DNA of 63,010 bases, filler included, from Thraustochytrium aureum (lineage: Eukaryota): assembly GCA_012862495.1 (NCBI GenBank). It is 3 parts of 3 records of this genome, joined end to end, with 100 filler letters (N's around TTAATTAATTAA, not from the genome) between each part and the next. Parts side by side here need not be neighbours in the genome. Positions count along the whole stretch, not along the records: positions 24,574 to 50,684 come from BLSG01000018.1; positions 50,785 to 63,010 come from BLSG01000021.1; 1 more part is not named here. One strand, given 5' to 3'. The notes beneath the pieces are model-generated. The model made no database searches. It saw nothing but the letters and a program-made list of their open reading frames with translations, and was not told where the DNA came from. The position numbers and the translations under genes are program-made. Shown one piece after another: positions 43,606 through 55,800 of the stretch. Within the stretch, counting starts at the first letter, position 1; each line of letters opens with the position of its first letter.

Positions 43606-46600
43606 ATGAAGAAGGCCGGCGACCCCGCGCAGGTCAAGTCGCTCATTGCGAGCATCAAGCAGTACAAAGGGTTCAGGAACATGGCCGCGTACAACATCAG
43701 CTGCTTGATGAGCCACATCACGCCGCCCACCGTGGGCTGGCGGGAAAACATCCTTGCTGCCACAGAAGCCGGCGGCATCGAGTCGATCATCGAGCTCCTC
43801 CGCGAGCACCCAAAGGCGCTCGACATGCTCAAGCTCGCCACGGACGCGCTCTCCGGCCTCACAACCAGCTCCGGGAACGCCGGCTTGGTGGCCAAGGCCG
43901 GCGGCGTGGAGGCGGCCCTGAACGCCATGTTGGGCCTCTCGCCCGCCGAGTCGGCCACCGTGGACGGCCAAGAAGCGCAAGACTCGGGGGCGAAACTCCT
44001 TGTCAAGGTTGCCCAGTTCAACCCCAGCGCCGTGCTCGACTCGAATGGCGGGGTAACCGCCGTTCTCGAAGGCCTGACGCACAGCACCAACAACACCGTG
44101 AAGGCCGCATGCGCCACCGTGGCCGACCGCGTCGGCGTCTCAGAGCGCGGACAAAAGGAGCTATTGAAGAAGGGCGCCATCGAGGCGCTCATCGCCGCCA
44201 TTGCGCCCGGCACCGACAACACGGAGGACATGCTCAAGCCGACGTTCCGCTTGCTGGAGCGCTTTGCCGAGGACCCCGCCAACGTGAAGAAAATGCGCGA
44301 CCTCGGAGGCGTCGAAGCCCTCGTACACCAGCTCGAAGCCCATGCCGACAGCGAGGTACTCCTGCGCATGGGCGGGCGCCTGCTCGCCAAGGTGGCCGCT
44401 GGAGACCTCGAGGGCGCCATCGAGCGGCTCAAGCGCGGTGGTCTCTCCGCCGAGGCGCTGGAGTTTACGATCGGGCTGTTGGCCAACCTTGCCCTGCAGC
44501 CCGAGAACATCGACCGCATCGTGAAACAGGGCGGCGTGCGCGTCCTCATCCAAAACTTTGACCAGTTCAACCCCAAGACGCAGGTGGCCGCAGCGCGCGC
44601 CCTCACGCGCGTCGCCAACAACAAGGCCAACGTGGACGAGATCATCCGCGAGGGTGGAGTCAAGGTCTTGGTGGAGGCGATGCGCGCCAACCCGAACGAC
44701 GCAGAACTGGTCACGGCCTGCACGCAGGCGCTCAGCACGATCGCGACCAGCTCGCTCGAGGCGGCCGAGGCCGTGGACAAACAAGGCGGCATCAAGGCTG
44801 TTTTGACGGCCTTCGCGCCCACCCGGAGTTCTCCAGCAACGCTGTTGGCGCCATGCGCATGGTCGAGGAGTTGTCCAACCTGGGCTTCGACACGCACAAG
44901 CTCGTTGGCCTCGGCGCCGTCGAGGCCATCCTTGCGGCGATGGAGACGAACATTGGGGACGCCGACGTGCAGAGGAGCGGGTTCCGCAGTCTTACGGCTC
45001 TCATGTCAAACGAAAAGCTCGTGAAAGGAGCGCCCAAGACGGCCGCCATTGCCATCCTCAGCACCAAGACTGGCGTCGCGACAATGGTGAAGAGCCTCGA
45101 CGTCCATCGCAACAACGACACTGTCGTGGTGCCTGCGCTGGCTACCTTCGCCGCGCTCTTGCTGCGGGAAAAGTCTGCCACGGAAAAGCTCACCAAGGCG
45201 CAGGCGCTCTCGGCAGTGGTGGGCGCCGTGTATGCGCTGATGCTGGCCTCGGCGCTGGGGTCGATTCAGGCGCAGAGCGCGATGAACGGCACCTTCGAGA
45301 AGAACGTGAGCGCCATCTTGTCCACGATGGTGAGCAAGAAGGACGCGCAAGCCCGCGTCAAGAACATCGCGACGGATGCAACCGGCATGCTGGGCGGCAA
45401 AGAGGCCAACGCCGAGGCGCTCGAGAGCACGCTGATGGCCGTGGCGGTTTACGCCAAGGAGTCTGGGCTCGCGGCCGTCATGGGCTCGGCCGGGCTCTCG
45501 ACCGCCCTCCTCAAGCCGTTCCAGGCCGTGGTCGACAAGTCGGGCCTGCCGATGCAAGCCTCGGTGATGCCTGCCTTTTCGCTCGCGATCGCCTCGTACG
45601 CGCGGGCCGGCTTGGACCACCTGGAGGGCCTCGGCTCGCAGGGCGCGACGAAGGTTCTTTTGGATGCGATCAAGAAGCACACGACGAGCTCCGATTCGAC
45701 GATCTGTGCCATGCGCGCTCTTCGCGTGTTTGCGAGCTCAGTGACTGTGCGCCAGCGTCTCGTCGACGAACAATGCATTGAGACTTGCGTGGCCGCCATG
45801 CGGTCAGACGCGCAAAACCCGCAGGTCGCGTTGGCTGCCCTGGACGTGTTCCTGTCGCTTGCGTCGAGCGACTCGCTGTGCGGCGCCGTCGCCTTCAAGG
45901 GCGGGTCGCGGCAGGCGATCAAGATGATCCTCGACAGCGCCACGAACGAGACGTTTGAGCGGCCGACGGAGCGCGCGCTCATGGTCCTCGAGCGGGTGGC
46001 CAGCAGCAAGCTGGAGAGCGACGAGATCCAAGGCAACCTGGTCAAGCAGGGCGCCGTCAGCGCGGTAACGCAGGCCATGGAGGCGTTCCCCTGGAACGAC
46101 AACATCGAGTCGATCGGGGCTCGCCTTCTGTCGCGCCTGTTGGACTCTAGCGGCGTTGCCGCTGAGATCGACAACATGGCAGCCCTCGTGGCCGAGCTCC
46201 AGAACACCAGCAAGCCAGAGAAGGTGCTCCCCAAGCTGGCGCGCAGCATGGCCACCGTCGGTGCGCTGGCGCTAAGCCCGAGCAACACCGAGATCATGGA
46301 GAAGAAGGGCGCCGCCGGCATCATCGTCGACGGGCTTCACACCATGTCCAAGCTGCCGCTCACGAAGGAGCGCGAGTACGCGCGCCGCGCGGGCTTCCGC
46401 TCGCTCGGCCAGATCGCCTCCATGTCGCCGCTCCCGTCCAACCTGGGCGCGATCGAGCTCATCCTCGCGGCCCTCAAGGCGCCGGAGACCAAGGTGACTC
46501 TTCTGGAGAAGATGGGAGCGCTGAACTGCGTCAAATCGATGGCCACTCTCGAGAGCACCGCCAACGCGCTAGTGAACGCCGGCATCGTGGACGTGATCGT

Positions 46601-49600
46601 GGGCCTGCTCAAGGAGCACGCGCACGACGAGGCCTTCGTGACGGCGTGCTTGGGCGCCCTCGGCGCCGTGGCGGCTCACCAGGCTGGCGCCAAGAAGGCG
46701 ACCGACGCAGGTGCTGTGCGCCTCACCATCACCTACATGCGCAACTTTGGCGACGCCTGCGGCCCGCGCTTCTCCGAGGAGGCCATGGTCCTGCTCGCCA
46801 ACCTCGCGCTCGTCGACAAGAACAAGCCTGAGATGCTCGACGGAGGCGTGGTCGACCTTGCCATCGCGGCGCTCGACCACCACTGCAGCGACCCCAGCGC
46901 GCCAGAACCGCGTGTGCTGACCGCTGCCGTGGCGCTCCTGCAGCGCCTCGCCAGCTCGGAGGCGAACATCCGCCTCATCATCAAGAAGGGCGCTGTCACC
47001 AAAGCGGTGCAGATCGCAAACTCGAGTGCGGTGTACCTGAGCGACCCCGAGTGCGCCGAAGCGCTGCTGTTTCTTCTCGAGACCTGCGCGCTTGTCAAGG
47101 ATACACACGAGGCGCTCGTCAAGGCCGGTGCAGTCGAGCTCATCATGAACGCGATGGGCCTCCATCCTGCCAACGAGGGCGTGGTGATGAACGGTTCCAA
47201 GGCGCTGCAGACGCTGCTCGGAGGGAGCTCGGAGAGCGTCAAGGTGCTCCTGAACGACATCGCAAAGCTCGCGGCCCAGCTCAAGAAAAAGCCGGACGAC
47301 AAAGAGGTCGCGGCCGCGCTCGGCCACGCGCTCCGCAATCTGGCCAACCTCACCCTTGTCGACGGCGTCGTAAACGCCAAGTCGGCCGGCGAGGTTGCCA
47401 AGACCGCGGTCGAAACCATGGACGTCATCCAGCGCTCGATGCCGGAGGGCCCCTCCAAGTCGGAGCTGCTCACGGCTGCCATGCAGATCCTGGCGCGCGC
47501 TGCGCTCATCAAGGGCGGCAAGATCGACTCGGACCGCGCCATCGCCAAGCTCCTGGAGGTCATCCGCGCCAACCCGGGCGACGACCAGCTGCTCGAGTCT
47601 GCCATGTACGCGCTTGGGAACCTGATCAACAGCCCTGCCGCGGTGAAGGCGCTCGTTGCGGCCGGCGGCATTGAGCTGATCGAGAAGACGATCAACGAGT
47701 CTGCCGAGAACGACCGCCTGCGCGACGCTGCAAGCAAAGCACTTGATAAGGTGCGCCTCGCCGCCGTCGCCGGCGCGGCCAACCTCTCCAAGGATAAGGC
47801 TGGCACCGATGCTCTTGCCGAGGTGGTCAAGGCTCACTCGAACCGACCCGACCTCTTGCGCGACATGCTCCGCGAGATCGCCAGCGGCAAGACCGGCATC
47901 GCCGACCTTTTGGCCATCCTCGGCTCGAAAGCGTTCAGCGACGCGTCGCCCGAGACCAAGGCCGCCGTGCTGCGGGCCTTGCGCGAGCAACTTGATCGTG
48001 AGGGCGGCGTGTTGTCAGTGACCAGCGCTGCTGATATGGCCGGTCTTCTGCCCCCCTGAGCGAGTCCACCGAGGGCCTGAACAAGGCTGATCGTGAGGCA
48101 GTCGTTGCGCGCCAGAAGGAGGCGCTCGAGCTGCTTGCGCGCTTGGACGGATCGAGCGCGGCGCCGTTCGTGGCTGCCGACGGGGTCAGGCAGCTCCTCG
48201 AATTGCTGAGCGCCAACCCGGACGACCCCGACGTTGCGCGCAGCGTGCTGCACGCGCTCAGGCAGCTTGCGGGCGACAAGAGCGTTGTGAGCAAGCTCGT
48301 GGAGTCCAACGCCGCGGCCGCGATTGCAGCGGCGATGCGAAAGTTTCCCGCCGACGAGAATCTGCAGAGCGAGGCGCTGCAGCTGCTCGCCAAGATGGCG
48401 GCCCTGAAGGGCGTCGGCAAGGTCGGGATGGACGCCGAGACGATGCGGCTGATCAACCGCGTGGTGGACACCTTCCACGACAACCGCGACATCCAGCAGA
48501 ACGGCGGCAAGCTGCTTGACGGGCTCACCGCGCTCTTCAAGGAGGACGGCGCCGAAATGATTGGCAGCCGCCTCGAGGCCAGCTTGCTCAAGCTGAAAGC
48601 GGCCGACCACATCAAGGAGATGTACGACGAGAACGGGCGCCCGTACTACTACAACACCAAGACGGGCCAGACCACCTGGGAGCCGCCTGACGAGCTGCGC
48701 GACGCCAACGCGGCCCTCGCGGCGCTCGCCAAGCTGACCGAGGCCCACAAGGACAACGTGCAAGAGGTGGACCCCAAGACGCTCGCCGGGATGATCGAGC
48801 AGCTGAGCAAGCACGCCAACGAGCCGCAGCGGATCCAAGAGCTCGTCAAGACCCTTGTGCAGATCACGGGGAACGAGAAGAACCGCGACGCCGTCGCCAA
48901 GGCCGGCGGGCTCGAGGCCATCATCCAGGCCCTCAACGGGGACCACGTGGACCCTGCGTTCCTCGCCGCGGCCATTGCCCTGCTCAACCAGTTTGCGCGC
49001 AACGACTTTTTCAAGGACCAGATCGCCAAGCTGGGAGGGATCGAGGCCTTGATCCTCATCATGGTAAAGTTTATCGCCCACATCGAGGTGGTCGAAAAGT
49101 GCTTGAGCACCCTGGCCAACCTTGCCTTCAACAGCAAGAAAAACGTGGCAGAGATCGTCAAGTACGACGGCCCGGACGCGGTGCAAAAGGTCATGGCGCG
49201 CTACATGCGCGAGCCGCAGGTGCTCCACTTTGCCCTGATCCTCCTCGTCAACATCATGTACAAGTCGGACGAGAACAAGCTGGTCGTCGGGCGGACGTGC
49301 GGCAGCGAGATCATCGCCGTGACGCGGACTCATTTCAAGGACCAAAAGCTGTTCAAGAGCGCCCTGCGCGCTCTGGGCAACCTCAGCTTTGCGGACGAGA
49401 ACATCCTCTGGATCGTCACAAACGGGGCCACCAAGTGCATCGTGGCCGGTATGGCGGCGCACGAGAACGACACGGAGACGCAGCAGATCGCGATCGAGGT
49501 GATTGGCAACTTTGCCTCGTTCAACGAGGAGGACGCGGTCACCCGTCGCCGGATCGAGGCTGGCGAGCAGCAGTCCGTGTACGACATCATCCTCGTCGAG

Positions 49601-50684
49601 GGCGGCGCCAAGCGCATCCTCGACACGGTGCGCCGCACCGACGAGCCCACGCTGCTCATGTGCGGGCTCGAGGCCCTCGGCAACTTGGCCCACAACGCGG
49701 TGATCACGGAGAAGCTCATCAAGATGGGCATCGTCGAGCTCGTCTTTGCGACCGTCAACAAGTTTGACTGGGACGAGGACCTGCTGGAGCGCGCCATCCG
49801 CCTCATTGCGATCTTGACCTACTCGACGGAAGGCGTGCGCGAGATCAAGGCCTGCAACGGCGTGCAGATCATCCTCAACGCGATGGAGTCGCACGAAAAC
49901 GAGGTCGAGTTCCTCGTCTCGGCCGCAATCGCGCTCAAAAACATCGCCTCTGACGACGAGCTGCGCGCCGAGATCGGCACGCTCGGCGGCATTCCCACGT
50001 GCATCCAGCTCATGGAGAAGAACATGGGCTCTGTTGCCTTGCTGCTTGAGATCGTCACGCTTTTCATCCGCCTCACGCGCTCGGAGGACCTCAGCGAGAC
50101 GATCGCCAAGCGCGGCATGAACACCATCCTCGAGGCCATTGGCTTGTACAAGGACGAGGTCGGCTTCTTGGTGCCCGTTTTCACGCTGATTGGGCACCTC
50201 GCGTTCGCGCCGAGCAACTTGGTCATCATCGTCCAGTACGGTGGAATCGACCTCATCATCGACTCTATCCTTGCGCACCCAGAGTCGAAGAACCTCGTCA
50301 TTCGCTGCGTGCAGACCTTGGACAACGTCGCGATGCACAACGCGGAGCAGTCGAAGATTGTGCAGCAGGCTGGCGGCGAGGCCACAATCAAAGAGGTCAT
50401 GGCTGCCTACAAGGCGGACAAGGAGGTCGTTCAGGTTTGCAAGTCGGCGCTGCTCTCCATGCAGCCGCAGGTGGAGCGCCGCCGCGCCAAGCCCAAGTAC
50501 GCCTTCAAGAACGAGGCCACTGACCTCGCCCGTCCTGCTGCGGACGATCCGCTGAAGGACCACCGAAACTTTCTCAAGACGGGCGCCGTGCTCGTCGAGT
50601 GGAGCGGCGGCGGCCCACACAACCGCCACTTTTACGTCAAGCCCGACTTTAAGAGCTTGGCATGGCGCGACCCCAAGAAAGGCT
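43606..50684 (+). CDS. Giant armadillo-repeat protein with internal WW domain and C-terminal PH-like domain (GAC-like); frameshifts at ~44815 and ~48055; truncated at contig end
   Basis: Three consecutive ORFs with strong coding codon bias and many ARM repeats (xxGGV/IxxL...ALxNL); WW-like EMYDENGRPYYYNTKTGQTTWEPP at ~48615-48690; PH start RNFLKTGAVL...HFYVKPDFKSLAWRDPKK. Confidence 0.85.
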
Positions 50685-50728
50685 NNNNNNNNNNNNNNNN
50701 NNNNNNNNNNNNNNNNNNNNNNNNNNNN

Positions 50729-50740
50729 TTAATTAATTAA
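50729..50740. other. Artificial assembly linker inside an N-gap
   Basis: TTAATTAATTAA between symmetric N-runs. Confidence 0.95.
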
Positions 50741-51011
50741 NNNNNNNNNNNNNNNNNNNNNNNNNNNNNNNNNNNNNNNNNNNNTACTTACTTCCTCGGC
50801 ACTTTCGAGGCGATTTCGCGCTGCGAGCGAGCTGGCGGCCGTGCCTTGCGAGCCGCGGCCCGGTCGCCGTGGCCGGGCGATAAGCGGCGTGCGCACCGCT
50901 TGGCAAAATCTGCGCGCGTTCTGGCGCCCGGTCGCGCCGGTCGTGCTTGGCGCTGGCGCGCGGCTGCCTCCCCGAGGTCGCAGTGCTGGCGCATTAACTG
51001 GCAAGCTCGAA

Positions 51012-51097
51012 GGCAGGCAGGCAGGCAGCCAGTCGGCAGGCAGCCAGCGGCAGGCAGCCAGCAGGCAGGCAGCCAGCAGGCAGGCAGGCAGGCAGGC
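51012..51097 (+). repeat. Degenerate (CAGG)n repeat upstream of ORF at 51158
   Basis: ggcaggcaggcaggcagcc...caggcaggcaggcaggcagg read directly. Confidence 0.85.
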
Positions 51098-51157
51098 TTG
51101 GACGGTGCCGAGTTGGCTGGCACCTGGCGAGGGCCCGGAGTCCGGGCGGACGGCGAG

Positions 51158-51867
51158 ATGGTCGTCGTCGTCAGACAAGGGCTCGTCGTCGAGTGGCCGC
51201 TCAGGTGGCGCGTCGAGGAGCTGGAGGCGAGGCAGCTCGCGCTCGCGGATGCGGAGGAGCTGCTGGACGAGCTCCTGGACGAGCTGGATGTGATCGAGGC
51301 CAACCGCAGGTTTGCCGGCGCGATAAACAGGGCCGAGTTTCACGCGCTGCTCGAAGGCGTCGAGGCGCTCGTGGAGGAGGAGCGCGCGCGGGAAGCGTCT
51401 TTGCGTGGCAGCGTGGTGAAGAGGCTTCTGTGCGCGCCGCTCTCCGCACCGCCCCTGCAAGTGGCGGCTGAGCGCATCGCCGACGAGGTCCTCGCCCCGC
51501 TCAACTTGCCGACCGAGCGTCGGCTGCGGCGCAAGGTGGCCTGGTCTGTCAAGGTCGCGGACGACGGCTGCGCGCTCGAGCTCTCGCTGCACCCGCGCCC
51601 AGGCTTTGCATCGTGGCTGAAAAAGGAGGCGACTCCTCAGCAGAGCGAAACTCGGCTCGGGCCCGCGTCAGCGGCGCCTTCCGCACGGTCAAGCTTGCCG
51701 CGGCCGGCGTCGTGCGGCGGAACTCGGAATCCTCTGGCAACTCGAGCTCGCGCCGCGACTCCGTAGACAGCTCTGCTAGCGTTGTGGAGGTCAAGCTTTC
51801 GCGCTCAGAGCGCGCTGCGGTGCCGTGGCAGGCGGCACCACGCGGCGCCGAGGCCGTGCTGGCCGCA
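51158..51867 (+). CDS. Hypothetical protein, probably frameshifted near the A5 run at ~51620 and running into a gap
   Basis: ATG 51158, coding-like codon usage (LADAEELLDELLDELDVIE...); no family recognised. Confidence 0.4.
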
Positions 51868-52857
51868 NNNNNNNNNNNNNNNNNNNNNNNNNNNNNNNNN
51901 NNNNNNNNNNNNNNNNNNNNNNNNNNNNNNNNNNNNNNNNNNNNNNNNNNNNNNNNNNNNNNNNNNNNNNNNNNNNNNNNNNNNNNNNNNNNNNNNNNNN
52001 NNNNNNNNNNNNNNNNNNNNNNNNNNNNNNNNNNNNNNNNNNNNNNNNNNNNNNNNNNNNNNNNNNNNNNNNNNNNNNNNNNNNNNNNNNNNNNNNNNNN
52101 NNNNNNNNNNNNNNNNNNNNNNNNNNNNNNNNNNNNNNNNNNNNNNNNNNNNNNNNNNNNNNNNNNNNNNNNNNNNNNNNNNNNNNNNNNNNNNNNNNNN
52201 NNNNNNNNNNNNNNNNNNNNNNNNNNNNNNNNNNNNNNNNNNNNNNNNNNNNNNNNNNNNNNNNNNNNNNNNNNNNNNNNNNNNNNNNNNNNNNNNNNNN
52301 NNNNNNNNNNNNNNNNNNNNNNNNNNNNNNNNNNNNNNNNNNNNNNNNNNNNNNNNNNNNNNNNNNNNNNNNNNNNNNNNNNNNNNNNNNNNNNNNNNNN
52401 NNNNNNNNNNNNNNNNNNNNNNNNNNNNNNNNNNNNNNNNNNNNNNNNNNNNNNNNNNNNNNNNNNNNNNNNNNNNNNNNNNNNNNNNNNNNNNNNNNNN
52501 NNNNNNNNNNNNNNNNNNNNNNNNNNNNNNNNNNNNNNNNNNNNNNNNNNNNNNNNNNNNNNNNNNNNNNNNNNNNNNNNNNNNNNNNNNNNNNNNNNNN
52601 NNNNNNNNNNNNNNNNNNNNNNNNNNNNNNNNNNNNNNNNNNNNNNNNNNNNNNNNNNNNNNNNNNNNNNNNNNNNNNNNNNNNNNNNNNNNNNNNNNNN
52701 NNNNNNNNNNNNNNNNNNNNNNNNNNNNNNNNNNNNNNNNNNNNNNAGCGCTTGCCGACCGTGCGGTGCTCGAGCTCCCTCGCGCTGTCCAAGTACTGGT
52801 GGACAGGCCAGGCCGTTTGAGGAAGACTCAAGCGGGGCGCAAGCTCCCGCGCGGCGA

Positions 52858-55800
52858 ATGGTGCAGAGGAATGGCGGCGGAGGAGGCGGAGGAGGCGGCG
52901 CGTTCGTCTCCGGGCCCTTGATCGGCCGCAGCATGTCAATGATAGACCGCGCCATGCGCACAATGGAGCAGCTGCGCGTCGGGTTCGAAGGAGTTCTGTT
53001 CTCAATGGAGCATGAAACGAGCCCATCGAGCATCACCGTCATCCTAGAGATCTCGATCGACACGCTCCAGATGCTCTCCCTAGTCGTCCCGCGCAAGGAA
53101 GCGATCATGCTTGGCGGAATCTCTGACGTGATAGACCCGTTTGCCGAGGTATTCGCCTACACCCAGTTCGACTTTATCCTGCGCGAAATCATTGGCCAGC
53201 TCCCCGTGCTCATCATCGCCCTGGTTCTGGTCGTGCTCGAGCTGGGCAACATTGTCCACTTTGCGCAGTCGTGGACCAAACAGGAGTTCCGCAGCCTTTG
53301 GACGGTCAAGGTTCTCCGCAACACGACGCACCTGCTCGTGACCGTCCTCTACATTCCGATTCTGAGCACCTTCTTCGCGGACGCCTTTGCTTGTGCAGAG
53401 CTCGGTACCGCGTGCTACTTTGTCGTGCCGCTCACAGTGATCGTGTCGATCCTCTTTGTGTGCTTCTCGCTCGCTGTGTCCCTCTGCCTGTTTGACATGA
53501 GCCCCACAGGAGGGCGGACCGCAATGCCTCACGCACGCTTTGCGTTTGCCCACCTCAGCGTGCAGACGCTTTGGGTTGTCTCAGGGTCGCTCATCGGGGC
53601 GAACGGCTCGAGCGAGATCTCGCTCCTCTCCAAAATTGTCTGGATTGCCCTCACGCTGTGCCCCTCGACCCTGTTGGCGTACCTCTTCGTGTGGTACCAG
53701 CCGTTTTACAACCAAGCGACCTCGACGATGCGCGCCGTGGCTTCGCTCTTGGTCATGTACACAACGAGCTGCATGGCTTTTCTCATGATCATTCACCACG
53801 GCGAGGAAACGGCGAAAACGACTTCGTACGACGCCGCAGTGCTAATCTTTGGCGGGTGGACCCTTGTGATCCCGCTCGCGATGAGCTTGGTGCACGAGCG
53901 CCGCGTTTCCGTCCAGAATCTCTCGCTCCACAAATGCAGCAACGCGTTCGAGGTCGAACTCAAGGCGCGCTTCTACCTGCAAGGTGCGGCGCGTCTCGGC
54001 TCTACCAAGGCGGTTCACGTCGACTCTGTCCACATCAAGGAGAGGATTGTTCAGATCAAGGAGTGGTACCAAGTCGCCATGAACGAGATGTTCCCCACTT
54101 CAGCCGCGATGTGCGTCTTTTTCGCCGAGGTCCTCATCGCTTTCGACCCGAGCTCGCACGCGATCCACGTTCGCAACATCCTCGCCCAGGCGCAACGCCG
54201 CGAGCCCGGCATCGAGTTCAACTTTAGCATTTTTAAGGCTCGCCGCGTCCTAGAGCAAGACGCGCTCAAGAACACCGACATCGTTTCGGTGATCAGCCGC
54301 GAAAAGTTTGAGCGCGAGGCTTCTGTGGCAGACCGCGACAGCTGTTTGGCCCTGTTTGAGCTCTGGTCTGAGCTCGCCAAGCCCCGCCCTGACCAAAAGA
54401 TGGTGCGCTTGCTCGCCGAAAGGATCAACTCCACAACGCGGTCGGCCGTGCACGCATACACCAAGCTGCTCAACCTGGCTCCGCACGACACGCAGCTCAT
54501 GCGCCGCTTCGGCACCTACTTGAGCGAGATCGCCAACGAGCCCGCGCACGGGCACGCGCTCGTGCAAAAGGCGATCAACGTAGAGCGCTACAACGCCCAG
54601 CACGGCCTGGCAACCAGCAGCGACCTCGACAACGTGGCAGGCGAAATGTGCGGGGTGCTCGTCCTCGGGACACTCGGCAGGGAGCGAAACATGATCCTCT
54701 CCTGCAACGCCACGGCAGCCCGCATACTGCAAAACTCGCAGCGCAACCTCGTCGGCACGCCTTTCAACGACCACCTTGTCTTCTCCGAGGAGGCCCACGC
54801 CGACGTGGTAGGGTTTCTGGAGACCACTCCGCCCGAGGACTGCATCAATCGGGTGCTCAGCAACATCTTTGTCATTACCAACAAGCACGAGCGCGTTTGC
54901 GTCAAAATCGACCTCAAGCTCCGCCCCTTCACGCCGGACGGCGCGGATTGCAACATCGTGGTTTCCATGGCGCCCGCCCAAGGGCGCTCCGTGTACTGGC
55001 TCACCGAAAAGCCTCTGGACGACGAGGCCATCTCGGAATCCGACTCTGACGCGGAAAGCGAGGCCTCAGGGCCTCTGCTGGGCGCATCGACGCGACAGTC
55101 CATGGCAAACGCAGGAGCAGCGCTTGGCGGCTCGGCCTCGCAACGCAGAGTTGGGACGGCGCAGCGCGGCGCCAGCCGAGACCCCAGCGGGGAACCGTCT
55201 CGTGGGCGCGCTGCTCACGAAGGGGCTGCGTCTGACGCCGCGACTGCAGCGCTGAAAAACCTAACCATCCTCTCGCGCTCCATGGAGTGCCGCGACTACA
55301 CAGTCTCCAAGTTCAAGACCGAGGCGGGAGATGCGCATCAAATGAAATCGCGCGTGCTCAAAGTCGCTTCCCAGCGCGAGGGGCGCTTGGCGCACGAAAA
55401 GCCGCAGGTTGTCCGTGAGTTTGTCAACCAGTTTGGCGCCGAGTTTATGCTCTGGACCCTGGTTGACCCTGCAGCGGACCGCGAGGCGGTGGAGAACGCG
55501 CGGGAGGACCTCTCCGAGTCGGGCAGCGAAGCCTTTGACGCCAGCAACTACCCCACAGAAGCAGGGATGGTGGAGCAACCCGCTCCAGCGGACGATCCAT
55601 ATGTGCAGAGCGACAGCGGGAGTATCGGCGACAACAGCGCCGAAGAGGAAACCTCGGACACGGTCGCCGACCTGATGTACTCTCCGCAGCTGGACGCGAT
55701 CTCTGCCTCGACCCGCTCGCGCGCGACGCGGAAGGGCATGGGCTCGATCGGGTCTGCATCGTCGGAGGGCTGGGACCAGATCAAGGAGCGCATTCAGATC

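Noticed and set aside
24518..50740. TTAATTAATTAA motifs as biological sites (e.g. piggyBac TTAA targets)
   Set aside because: Both sit in the centre of symmetric N-runs and give stops in all six frames: assembly spacers. Gene adjacency across them is unreliable.
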